A stretch of DNA of 63,503 bases, counting the filler, from Choristocarpus tenellus KU-1152 (taxonomy: Eukaryota > Protista > Phaeophyceae), in NCBI GenBank assembly GCA_964200185.2. It is 13 parts of 13 records of this genome, joined end to end, with 100 filler letters (N's around TTAATTAATTAA, not from the genome) between each part and the next. Parts side by side here need not be neighbours in the genome. Positions count along the whole stretch, not along the records: positions 11,346 to 18,993 come from CAXNAD020005817.1; positions 19,094 to 22,278 come from CAXNAD020021701.1; positions 22,379 to 26,326 come from CAXNAD020016996.1; 10 more parts are not named here. One strand, written 5' to 3'. Position numbers and translations under genes: made by a program. A model generated the notes under the pieces. That model made no database searches and had not been told where the DNA came from. It worked only from the letters and a program-made list of their open reading frames with translations. This document shows positions 12,874 to 26,426 of this stretch, piece by piece. Within the stretch, counting starts at the first letter, position 1; every line of letters begins with the position of its first letter.

Positions 12874-14326
12874 ATGTTACTTCTTCTCTTTTTCAAACTC
12901 CTCATCTTTCTCCCTGCGTGCTATGTGATCAGTGCTCTGGTTGGTGGGGAAATGGACGTGACTGCTGCTTTTCAGACCAGTGGTTTCTTCTTACAGCTGA
13001 CAGATGGATTCATTGGTGCTGGGAAGTATGCTGTGTCAAGAGCTTGTCATCGTCAGGCTCTCCCTGGGAGTCCTGTAAAGGTGAGAGAATCATACACGAA
13101 GAGGGGGTAAATTGGTATGCACCATTTTTCACAGTTGGATCAAGAGAAATGATCAAAACCAGAAAGAGCTGAAAAGAAAATGCAAGTGAGAGCTAGGACG
13201 TATCAGGACTTGTTTTGGACTTGACGATGGATGGGGCGATTAACTCCTGTTGTCCTCACTTTTAATCCGCACAAAAGCTCACAAATCTCCAGAAATATGG
13301 CTAACTTTAGCTACGCTTTCCCCCCCTGTTTACTAGATGCTTGTGAATGATGCAGCACTTGCACTTGGAAGACTGGGTTGCGGTGCTGGAGGAGGAGCAC
13401 GCTTCACGGCTACACAACTGGGAGCCATGACCATCCCAGCCAATCACCCGTTGCCGTCAGTCGACCTCTTTCGAGAGGCGTTTGGGGCACGCCGCAGCTT
13501 CTGGGGTGACCTCAATGCCCACGAGACAAGACGCTTCTACCACGAACTTCTGCCCGTGGCGCTACAGATGGAGGAGTGCATGGTGGGTGAGGATTTTGGT
13601 GAGGACTCTGGCATGACGGCCGAGGCCCTTTTGGAACGTGCAAGACTGGCGTCAATGGCAAGACACGCAGCACGTCTCTATGCGCGTTATCGGTGTGCGC
13701 TTCCCTCGCGCCTAGCTGCACAGCTGTACGATGGGCTGCGACACCTGAAAAACTATGGAACATTTCGGTGAGTCTTTCGTTTGAATATTTCTTCATTTGT
13801 TCAACCTTGGTCTGAGGATGTGGTGGACGGAGACTGCGTGGTTTAGAGTAGTTTATAGTGGAGCCCGAATTTCATGACAACGTCCCTTACACTTCACAAC
13901 CCCCATGTCAACAGGGCGTCGGGCATGACGTGGGATGAACTCTGGGCCAAGTATGAGGCTCAGGTGAGGGCAGAGTCTCCAGATTTGGAGGGAGATGCTC
14001 TGACAGAGAGTGTGTGCCTGCGAATCATCAAGAAGTCATGCTGCACCAGTCAGACCTTCGATAGTCTGGCAGGTATGGGGCAAGATGAGAAGGAGACTGT
14101 GCGAAGGCGTAAGGAACTTGATGCTCGAGCTGTGGCAGCAATGGCAACTGCCCTGCTGTCGCGTCTTGGCCTCAAGAAGTCCACATCACTTTCTGAGGAC
14201 ACTTTCAAGAATCGGAACGAAGGAGTTGGAGCAAGCAAGAAATCGCATCCGTGGCCGAGGCGGCGAACACGCTTGCAGAGATCTACCGTTTCTAAGGCTA
14301 CACGTTCACGGGGAACTCGCACCTAA
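12874..14326 (+). CDS. Unknown protein with N-terminal signal peptide, possibly plastid-targeted (~349 aa, 3 exons, complete)
   Basis: Exons 12874-13080, 13337-13767 and 13915-14326 with phase-consistent GT-AG introns. Hydrophobic N-terminus MLLLLFFKLLIFLPACYVISA; globular core RRSFWGDL..ETRRFYHELLP...ARHAARLYARYRCALP...LYDGLRHLKNYGTFRASGMTWDELWAKY...IIKKSCCTSQTFD. Confidence 0.85.
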
Positions 14327-16424
14327 TCAAACAATCAGATGCGGAGTAATGCCACTGGTTAGAATGTGGCACTTATTCTAGCTATGGGTCCATTGAGTTG
14401 GTAACAATGTTGCTTTGTTCACTGGTTGTGGCACTTTACTTTGTTACCTCAAACTCATTTCCCTGACTTCATAGGAAGTGGGCAGGATTTGGAGTTGGAG
14501 ATGATCTGCTTTTGCACATAATGCTACAAAGAGGGAAGGGTCTTTTCTGGTGAAGATCTTTCGAATGGATATGTTCCTTGATGCAACTCTCTCTTACCCG
14601 AATTACACACAAGATTCACACTCGGGAGTGGAAAGAGGAAGGCATCACCCAGACTGTGCATCCATTTCGGTTTCAGACCTGAGTATGTATCCATTGGAAC
14701 GGGCCGGGGACAGCACAGGGGGAGGTTGGAGGAAATATGGAGGGTTCAAGAGATGTACTGCATAGTCTTTGTGTTCTCTGGATCCTGTAAAGAATTGAAA
14801 ATGAGCTTACGTTATTTTTGTCTTGAACGGGTAAATGGCAGTCTGGCACATTGTTAAAAACGGTTTGATGGTGGTTCAAATGGATTGTGGGGAGGTGTGG
14901 TGGAGGCGTGTGATACATTTAATTTCGCTCATGGAGAGAGATGCATTCATACATAGAGTTACGTAACAAACATAAGGTAAATTTGTGAGAGTACAGAATA
15001 AAAGTGTGTAAGTCTTTTAGGGGGAGTAGAGTCGATAGGTTTGGTTGAGTTGGGGAGATGGTGATCAAGATTCTGATTGCAGCTCTCCCTATCTCGTTGA
15101 TTCCTTTCTCCTACCTGGATGATTTGTGCATCTGTACGTTAACAACAATTTTGAAGATTTGAGAATATAAAGGAGTTTTTCTAGTTACAGTTTTTTTTTT
15201 TTGAGGAAAAGATGAGAACAATAGTGACTGGTGGTGGAAATGAAGACTAAAAATTATAAAGAGGATGCATGAGAGGTTGGAACTGAAGAATGGAGGTGGG
15301 GATTTGGAAGGATATGTCAGATTCCTTGCGTAGGGCATCATTTTCTTAAGGGTGTGTTTGTGATGGTTACTGAGACGTTAGGAAGATATTGATTTGGTTG
15401 ACAGGGTAAAAACTATCTTCTGCACTCCCTATATTTAGGCATAAGAAACCATGGATGATCCAGCCACTCAGAACTAGGATGTCCATTTTTTTTTTCATTC
15501 TCTACATTGGATGTCTTTCTAGTTTGCAGGGGATTAGAACTGTTTTTGCGTGTCTTCTTTTTGTCAATGCATCCTACAACTGAGTGTTGGGATACAGGCA
15601 AAGAGAAAATAAGGTATTTTAGCAGGCTTGTCACTCTTGCTATTTTGTGTGGTTTATTGAAGAATTTGCTGTAGTTTTTTTTTTTTCTGAAAAGAGAGTA
15701 TTAGTGTTTTCCTGCCTTCCTGACATATGTCGGTTACATTCAATTATTTGTCACACAGTAGCTAGAGTACTGCAGGTATATCAAGCAGACTGTTGTTGGT
15801 CAGCACATGCTCCAAAGGGTTTGTAGTGATGTGCCATGAGCTTGCATGGCATGTTGACGCTTTTGTTTGTGTTGCAGTGATCTGAAATAATTCTCAAAAG
15901 AAGGCTTCAGCACTTGAAGTTGTAAGTAGTGCATACAGTTTTTTTCTTTTTGATTGTTCTGAACAGCTGCTAAGCTCTTTTGCACTGGTGAGGGGGCAAC
16001 AGTTTCATTTTCTGTATAGAGGTGAATTTGTCATTGTAGCAACTGTATGCTGATAGGGTAATTTGCGTTTATGTTGGAGTGGTTGGTGTGGTTAGGTTTT
16101 GTGTGTGGTGCTGGCACAGCATGTTAGTGCAGTTGATTGTGGAGAGGCTCAAGCCTCTGATGCTTGGCCTGTTTTGCATGGTTGGGAATATTTCTATTGC
16201 ACTGTTGATGGTGCCTTGTGTTGTGTTGTTTTCTTGGTCTGTCTCGATAGGAAGGAAAACATGAGGTTTGTGGGGGGAGAGGCAGTGGTGTGTACCTGAA
16301 TAAGAATATACACAACAGGCGTCTGTACGTATCAACCTACAAACAAGAAAAATGTAATACACGTATTGTAACTATATCTGTGATTGGCCGCTTTTTCTTC
16401 AAAGTGCCATCGTTTTTTTGCCAT

Positions 16425-16602
16425 AGCTCGAAGTATCTTGAGGGGGGGGTCTACACCAGGTTGTCCATTCGGGCCCTGACCAGGAGAGGTGCACTTTTAT
16501 TATTCAGTCGATGAATGTAACCAAGTTCACCCAAAAATCGCAACATGGAAAATGGGCCCCAAAATGGATAGTCGCCACCCCCTCCCTCAGATACTTGGAG
16601 TC
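16425..16602 (+). mobile_element. MITE family A copy
   Basis: ~178 bp with inverted termini (AAGTATCT-G-run ... C-run-AGATACTT) and the shared interior (GTCTACACCAGG, AAAATCGCAACATGG). Confidence 0.85.
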
Positions 16603-17045
16603 TGTGCATCTGAGTGATGCCTGTGAACATGATGCCCTTTTTTTCAGCGACAAGTAAATACCTTTGTCGTATTAAAAGAGTGTGTGTTGGTCTCTAATGC
16701 TCTCCTCTGAATTAAACCCAACACACACCGTGCACTCTATGGTGTGACCCCCCCTAGCAAATTTTAAGGGCATGACTATTCTGCAAAAGGAACTGCTGAC
16801 GTTAAGTAATATATAATGCACATCATGTAATATTTCAAATGACCCTTGTTCAAGGATACAACAGACAGTTCGTAGTATACAACATGATTGTGCCATACTT
16901 ATCCAAACTTAAACAAACAATGAAACTTTTTTTTAGTAGTGGTGCACCAGCAAACAGGGAATTTGGGGTATAATTATTAGTGTATGACTTATAGAAATGC
17001 ACCCCCTATTCAAAAGAATTTATTATTTTGGGCTGGTGAACTTAA

Positions 17046-17108
17046 CAGCAGATTTCAAAAATTGAGGATGGAGCTTTTCATTGAGGGTGGGCTTGACCCA
17101 AAATTGAC
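17046..17108 (+). repeat. Dispersed repeat / probable transposon terminus (family C)
   Basis: CAGCAGATTTCAAAAATTGAGGATGGAGCTTTTCATTGAGG...AAATTGAC matches the reverse complement of 36123-36185. Homology stops at the same TAA|CAG boundary in both copies. Confidence 0.7.
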
Positions 17109-17145
17109 TGGGAGAAAGTGTCGATATGTTTTTTTTTGTAATTGG

Positions 17146-17773
17146 ATTGGGAGCACAAATAATTACAAGGCCTCGAATTTAAAAATGGTGATATCACCAC
17201 CATGGACAGGTAATGTGTGCACGGTTGGGACCACAAATAATTACAGGACATCCAATCTAAAAATGGTGATATCACCACCATGGACAGACAGGTCGTGTGT
17301 GCACGGTTGGGAGCACAAATAATTAATTGGCATCGAATCTAAAAATGGTGATATCACCACAATGGACAGGTAGTGTGCACCCCTTCGAATACACGCAAAT
17401 AACCACATGACATCGGATCTAAAAATGCTGGAATCTCCAACATGGACAGGTGGCGTGCACACAGTTGAGACCACAAATAAACATAGGGCATCGAATAAAA
17501 AAATGGTGATATCACCACCATGGACAGGTGGTGTGTACACGGTTGGGAGCACAAACAATTACAGGGTATCGAATCCAAAAATGGTGATATCACCACCATG
17601 GACAGGTGGTGTGTGCACGGTTGGGAGCACAAAGAAACACAGGATATCAAATCTAAAAACGGTGATATCACCACCGTGGAGAGGTGGTGTGTACACGGTT
17701 GGGAGCATAAAGAAACACAGGAAATCGAATCTAAAAGTGCTGGAATCTCCACCATACACGGGCGGTGGGTACA
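17146..17773. repeat. 78-bp minisatellite (~8 units) carrying the 14-bp palindrome TGGTGATATCACCA
   Basis: Units start at 17181, 17259, 17341, 17421, 17499, 17577, 17655 and 17733. The whole unit is conserved, with no unique spacers. Confidence 0.95.
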
Positions 17774-18941
17774 GTATCATCTCAGCCACATGCTAATACA
17801 TGCTACGTTGACGAACGATAGCTGCAATACCCGCCAAAGGCGCTAAATGGTGACGGCGTGTTTGCGACGTTGGTCATCCAGAGACGCTCCTGTGTAGGCT
17901 GCACGAAGGGCGAACGTTTCTTGTATGGGGACTCACCTTTTGGTTCCCTTTGGAGGCATTGCGGCGTCAGGTGGTTGTACCAAGCCTCTCGGTTGATCGC
18001 AGGATTTCTGCATCGGGTGGGCATGTTCGAAACGGGACAGGAGGAACAAACAGAAAGAGAGAGAAATATTATTGCGCATCGAATCAGGCTCAGAGAGGAT
18101 GGCATTAGGCAGTCCGTTCACATCATCCTCCAGCTGTACGCAAACGATCACCTTGCACGAGGTGACAGTCTTGTCTTTTTTTACCTTCCGACACGCCCGG
18201 TATTCAGCGTAATGTATGGCACAGGGATAGCCACACACGAGCACGATTCTCATGCAAGAGATACACGCATATCCTCTCCTGATCAAGAGGGTATGGTCCT
18301 GTTAATCTCTTTTTTTTTTGGCTGTATAACATCTGAACCGTTGTCCGTACAATAACAACCGCCTTTATGGAATGTTCTACCCCTATTATATAATAGTATA
18401 TATTTTGCGGTTACGAACAGGCCAGTTGGGGTGTTCCTTCTTCTCGGAGACAAAAACGGATATTAAATAAACGGGATTTTGCACTCTTGACATATGTCTC
18501 GAAACTTCTAAGCATGACGATCCTGTTGAAATGGAACAAAAAAATGGTGTATATATATATAACTCTTCACGCGCTAATTTTTCATTAGTGCGAGAGGGTG
18601 AAAACTTTGAGTTGGAATATTCTTTTGCATAGATTCACGGTTCTTTAGTCTTACATTGGAACAAAAACGTATATTTACACTTTGCCTAGTGTTATATTAT
18701 AGTGCACAACAAAGAAAAACTTTCGCCAAAAACCACATGTGCGACAGACCCCACACTCCCTCACTCTCTCGTCAACAAAGCAACGGGTCTGGACAATATT
18801 GAGGAATCGTCATCACGGTTGTTCAAGGGGACCACATCCGTTGCACCGCAGATGTACGATGACGACCCACCAGCTACTAGGGGATCTCTCTAACAACGGG
18901 ACTGAACTCGTGGACTTCGGAGTGGTAGACCCCAGGACATC

Positions 18942-18993
18942 GAGTGAAACTATCTTAGAGGGTACGAATTTTTCCCTGTTTGTCCATTTGTGG
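18942..18993 (+). mobile_element. MITE family B, left end truncated by gap
   Basis: GAGTGAAACTATCTTAGAGGGTACGAA... matches the left terminus of the family B copies. Confidence 0.75.
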
Positions 18994-19093
18994 NNNNNNN
19001 NNNNNNNNNNNNNNNNNNNNNNNNNNNNNNNNNNNNNTTAATTAATTAANNNNNNNNNNNNNNNNNNNNNNNNNNNNNNNNNNNNNNNNNNNN

Positions 19094-22000
19094 CCCTCTA
19101 CACTTAACAGGCAACACGCCTTCTGCTCTGTTTCCCCCCCCCGCTCGTCCTGGTATATCCTCTTCAGCCCCTGCAGTCTCCACCTTTCCTCGCAGTGTTG
19201 CTGCAAGGGTCTTCCTTTCCCGTGCGAATTCTGCAGCTTTTGCTGCCGCTGTTTCCACAGTGTCTGGCTGAGGCCCTTTACTCTTCTGCCTGGCCTGTTT
19301 ATGCCTCAACGATGCTAGCAGGGTTCCTGCCTGCCTAAACTCGGATTTGTTGAGTCGTGTCACTGTTCCCTCGACTTCCTCTACTCTATCCTCAGATTCA
19401 CCACCCTTCAGGACTGGACTTTCACTGTGGTTGGGGAGTGCTGCACTGGGCGGAGCAATGGATTGGGTGGGAAGACCCCTTCCAGCCTTGAGACCACTGG
19501 GTAAGTCGAGGCAGAGCCAGTCTTCACCCTCCCCTACAGGCAAATGCCATGTGCCCTGTTGAGTTGTGTCATGATTGATATGGCAGGACCCACGGTAGAA
19601 ACAGACAATACTTAGACCAAACAGCAACAGTTGATATCTAGACTACCAAGAGGATGATTTAGCTCTACAAATCTTCCTTATCAAGTGAATCTTCAATCTT
19701 AGATTGACTTCATTTTGTTAGCAAAACGGCCACAGCCTTGGCATGTTCGATTGTACAAAGATGTAGGGTGTCAGGGTTGTCCAACACAGAACACATACCA
19801 TGACAAGGAGTTCTACAGGTATCCATGATGATAGATGAAATACAGGGCCACCTTTGAACACAACTGTGTACATACACAGAACTTGAAATGATCACGTTCA
19901 CAACATTGGTTTTAAAATAAATTTTGAAATATGCCTCAACAACAAATGCTCATGTCATCCTAGATTAGGAGCATGCACTTATTCCCAAGTAGGTTGGTAA
20001 CGGGAACCATAGGGTGCAACCAGATTCACCAGTTAAATATAATAGAGTCAAAGCAGACACACTGCAGTAAAGGCTACTGCTACGGATGTATCTTCAATGA
20101 AAACCAAAACCAGGCAAGCACAGGTTGGACATCAGACCCAGAGGGGCTTTCTCATATCAAGCACAATCCCTCACCAGGGCCAATATCAAGCACAGAGTGC
20201 ATGCATGTTGCTGCCTAAAAAAAACTTATTTTTAATGGACTTCCAGTAATGCATATATGCTTGACTATGCTCAAATAAGGTCGGACACGATTATTTGCCC
20301 TGTAGCCTCCTGGAGGAAAGCCTCTACCAAACGCTTTTTTATTCACCTGATCCGTTTGCTGTACATCTCTTGTGAAGGAAGGAGGACCTTTAAAGATAAC
20401 TTGTGCATACCTTCTTCCTTCAGCACCCTAAATAAATACACAACACACAAAACACAAAGTCAGCACTGGACCCACCAACGGGAAAAAAGGGGACTCAGGA
20501 CGTCTATTATGGCACACGAAAATGCCCCCCCTGAAAATCAGAAATGAGCGCACAAGGCACGGCTTTTCTCAGCTAGGCGTGACTGATTCATATGGCGATT
20601 ATGGATTGGTAGAGTTGTGATACGAGTGGGTCAACTCTCAGTAGAAAATTGCAAATACTTGTCTGGGTCATTCATTGCACATGGCATGACACAGTTGCCG
20701 TGAGGAAACAGACGCTGTGAGTGGGGAGGGCCTCCACCAGAGGCTAAAAACTTTGATGCCAAAATTGCGCAAAAGTACGCGCGTGTCATCGCGTTCAATA
20801 CAAACAGAAACTCTTGGAGGCGCGTAGACGCGCGCGGATGACGCGCGGAATGGAATAACCGATTTATCGATTTTTTAAATATCATTATCAAGATATCGTG
20901 ATTAATTGGATGTGGCCTATTTTGAAGTGGTGCCAGTTTATGACTATGATTTGGCATATGGAGAGAGTGTGTGTCAAACGAGAGCCCCCTTACCCTTTTA
21001 TACTTTCCAATTTCTTCTTGATAAAATTTCCGTGCCCCCACCCTCTGCAAAACAAAACATGAAAAGTCCAGCCTCTACCCCATCTCTACAGCAACAGGGG
21101 GGTGTAAATAGGGTTGGTCAGTATATTCTAGTCAGCAGGACAGTGTAACTGTGTTGAAGAAGACGACAACAGGATGTAAGATCAACCTTACACCCTCAGC
21201 GGTATACCTCAAACTGCCATACAGATAATACCAACTCCCGCACACTTTGTCAGTGGTGATACACATTCCTTGCAAAAAACGATTACCTCATCGCATTCCA
21301 ATGCTCTACTCACATCCCTACATGGCAACCTAAGTCACCTATAACTCTAAGATCACAAAACATGATAGACTGCACATCCTACCCTAACCCCAACAACCAG
21401 TACCAATGTGACAAGCGTTACATTGGAGGACTCCCCCTCATACTATCCCCCATAATATCACAATGAAGTGATCGTTGCATTGACATTAACAGCGATCCTG
21501 CCAACACCCCTAGTCCTGTAGAGGCAGACTAAACCCCCAAGATGATGATCAGTGCCAAGGGAACTCGTGAAACATCTCACCGGCACGCTGTGGTCATCCC
21601 AAATAACTTCATAGCCCGACACTTGTGTTTGCCTCCACCGTAGGAACGAGGTGGGCTCGGCCAATGAAATTCGGTGGTCCCTGCGAGATCAGAAGAATTA
21701 ATTGACAGGTAAAAAATAAAAAAACAACGGTCAAGATTTTCTTTCTGCAGGATGGAGATTGGATGGCAATCTGCTCTCCCCAGCGCGTGGCGATGCTTGC
21801 TGTTTCTCCACATTGAGACAACGGTAGAAACTGTCTCAATGAATTGTAGACTGCTTACCAAATGACAAAACGTGCTGTTTCAAGTTCACGATAGCTGAGT
21901 GTTGCTGTGAACTCCACTTGCTCAATTCTGGAGTACACCGAGCTCTTCCATTTGGATACATTGACTTGGGTAGATAATGTGACACATATGGAACCTTGTG

Positions 22001-23532
22001 TTTGTTCCTCCACAAGTGGGACCCACAGGCCTGTGCCTTTCACCTAACTCAAGCCCCCAACAAGGTACAGCATAGTCCAAACAGGCAAGACAGACATCTC
22101 AAGCCCCTTCAAATAGCACGGTAAAGGGATGAAACACCAAAAGCACCCCAAACTACACATCTCCTTGATATCTTATGTGACCCAAAGTATCTGGGGGGGG
22201 GGGGGGGGGGGGGGGGGCCGGGGGGGTTTGCATCGAAGGGAGGGGGCCCCAACTGAGACCCCGCCACGCAAAAATATGNNNNNNNNNNNNNNNNNNNNNN
22301 NNNNNNNNNNNNNNNNNNNNNNTTAATTAATTAANNNNNNNNNNNNNNNNNNNNNNNNNNNNNNNNNNNNNNNNNNNNTGTCCTCCTGTGGATCTTCCCG
22401 TTCCCCTTCATTACGAAAAACCTGTCGGCTGTTTCCACCTGTTTCACATTTGCTTCGTTTCTGTTTCAACACATTATAATACTATTATTGTGTCTATTAT
22501 GGTGTGCAATATGGTGAATTTTTTAGGAGGGCATGTGCTTCAGCTCTCTGCATAGATAGACAGACTGGCGCCCCTACCTAGAGGAATTTTTCGGGGGAGT
22601 AGGACAATTCGGCATCGGGGTCCCAAATGGCATTGAACGTGCACTCGTGGATATCCGCCCAAGGAATTAGTGTGGAGAATGGGTCATCAGTCTGGACGGA
22701 AGGAATGCTTTCAATAGCGTACGCCGCTCAGCCTTCATCCAGGCCCTCCTCCCAGAGACCCTACCAGGCCTCCTCTCTTATGTCTCCAAGGTGTATGTGA
22801 ATACATTAGAGGCGCCGAGAAGAGCACCATAGTATCCTAGAGGGGGAGTAAGGCTTCCGTTTGGGGCCTGTGTGAACTTGTAGGTATTTTCATGTTATGT
22901 AAGTGAACGTGTCAGATGTAAAGACAACTTCTTTCATCTGAATGAACCTTCCTTTTCCATTCCCCTGCCAGAACTAAACGGGAAGGAAAATCACCCTCCT
23001 TACAGGCATTATTCTGGGGTTCTTACAGAGGTGATCGCAGCCAGGTAGTGTATACACAAGTGGACATCCCATCAGAACAATTGTGTTTCTAGGTCGGGTG
23101 GTCAGGGAGCTGGTAATCCTCTTCACAACATCAATCTCCCATTCCCCTTCCTGTTTACCCGCTCCTGGATGTTTTTCCCTGAGTGGCCATACTCGGACCG
23201 AATATGTCCAGTCCTTTGGCGAGTTCCTGACCGTGGGCACCTTGCAGTTTGGTTTTTTGATTTAACAAGGTTGCAGAGTTGCATTTCCTCAAGATATAGT
23301 CAAGGTAAATAAGAGGTACTAATATTTTGACCGTTCTGCATTTTAACCATTTTTTTTTTCGCAAATCCATATTTCTAGTGGACCCCCCCAAAAATCGAGG
23401 CGAAGGAACATAAAAAGTGCTGTTGGCCTGCGAAGGCAACACGTACACTGGATCAGCTATCTCTTCCCCTCTTCTTCCCACCATTGACGATTCGCTATCA
23501 CCTTCCCCAGCCCAGCCTCTGTCTGCCAACCC
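19094..23532 (-). CDS. Multi-exon gene of unknown function (partial)
   Basis: Phase-consistent chain 22043-21859, 21680-21581, 21044-20994, 20750-20659, 20530-20476, 20214-20175, 19851-19799, 19555-19094 gives ...LETARFVIWDHRISLAEPTSFLRWRQTQVSGYEVIWDDHSVPRVGARKFYQEEIGKYKRFLASGGGPPHSQRLFPHGNCVMP...SVLDIGPGGPVFHLSSWIPVELLVMGTWHLP.... Candidate upstream exons at ~23532-23428 and 23240-23159 lie across a gap and are weaker. Confidence 0.6.
22566..22800 (+). mobile_element. Non-LTR retrotransposon reverse transcriptase relic, CRE/SLACS-like
   Basis: Translates WRPYLEEFFGGVGQFGIGVPNGIERALVDIRPRN*CGEWVISLDGRNAFNSVRRSAFIQAL...LLSYVSKVY. The QFG.G...G.E and LD..NAFN..R motifs match CRE-clade RT; one in-frame stop. 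Confidence 0.75.
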
Positions 23533-23789
23533 TATTTCACTACTACTACTATTGTGAATGATGTTAATTAATTACAACATGAGTAATCGACTGCTGATCA
23601 ATCTCACCATGACATATGCGATGTTGTAAGTGGGGGGAAAAGGGCAACAGAACTGGCAAGGTAGTCAGGACCTCTAAAGCAAGAGTCATTGGGTCACAAG
23701 TTTCCACCTCCAAATTGCAGACCTCACCTGCTCAAGGCATCATAATAGAGCCGGTGCACCATGGGTGCAACAAGCCAGTGCCTACATAC

Positions 23790-23973
23790 TGCTCAAAATA
23801 ATCTGGGGGTGGAGGGGTGGAGGCTGTCCATTCAGGGCCTAATTTTCCTTGTCGTGATCTTTGGGTGGTTTGTTTACATGCGGCAGATGGATAATATAAG
23901 TGCAAATCTCCTGGTCAGGGCCCGAATGGACACCCTGGTATAGACCCGCCCTCGCCCCCAGATACTTTGAGCC
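23790..23973 (-). mobile_element. MITE family A copy
   Basis: Reverse-orientation copy ending ...CCCCCAGATACTTTGAGCC; flanks ATAC/TTAC. Confidence 0.8.
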
Positions 23974-24947
23974 TTACACATGTGTTGTCCCTATGTTTTC
24001 TCTTCATCCCCACTTTGTTGGCTCATCTTTGGGTTCTTTACTTTCTCAACACAATTTGACCATCTCCTCCCCTTTTTACAACTGGTACACCATTCATTAC
24101 CCCCTTTACTAAGCCCAAGATGGGAGACATTTCCAATTAATTGACTCAACAAATGGAGCAAAATTATGTTGAAAAATACATTCAGACCTCTGCATATGGG
24201 GTGAGTCCACAAGCGCCCTAATTCCACCAAAAACGTAAGGGTCATCATCTTTCTCTGCATTGCTCACACCATGACCAAACATTCACAAGTATTTTAAAGT
24301 ATTAAATTCTGTGGAATGACCCTTTCCCCTCTTGATGCTGCAAAGATATCTCTACCACAACTACACGCACATAGACATTCATCATGCAAACTCGCAAACT
24401 CATGCCAGTTCAACATGCAACAGCTCAAATCTCTCTTCCCTACTCCCCATCTCTGTTTCCAGTTGTGCCCTCTCCTGTACACTCCATTGGCTGATATTGT
24501 TACACAACAGGCCAGGCAATTGTAATGGTCCATTCTTTCGCACACACAAAAATGTACATCCCTTCTGTTGGCTACTGACCCCAACGATCCAACTATGGCA
24601 AGTTGATACAACGTAAATTGAGCGCTGCAGGTGCTCCTACGAATGCCCCTGTCAATATTCACAGATCCCCCGCGATGTGCTCAACACCTACAGCTACTAC
24701 AGACGCCTTTGACAGCTAGCTAAAGCTAACCAACCTAACTGGTTTTTCCTCCAAGATCCCCCAAGCATTTCCAATGCAAGGGCGGCTTGGCAATGGAAAG
24801 AATCCATGACCCACACAGTCTTATGGCCAGTAATGGAGGTGACAAGCACTCAGTCCCACATCTCCTATGCATTGCCTATTTTGTGCGCAGGAAGACTCTT
24901 GCATGGATACAACGTTTTTCCTCCGCATCCCATTCCTGATACTTGAA

Positions 24948-26319
<1,372 letters not shown>

Positions 26320-26426
26320 TTAAGCANNNNNNNNNNNNNNNNNNNNNNNNNNNNNNNNNNNNNNNNNNNNTTAATTAATTAANNNNNNNNNNNNNNNNNN
26401 NNNNNNNNNNNNNNNNNNNNNNNNNN

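Noticed and set aside
17146-17773. CRISPR-like array (regular period, palindromic repeat)
   Set aside because: The sequence between palindromes is homologous in every unit, so there are no unique spacers. No cas genes are present and the context is eukaryotic.
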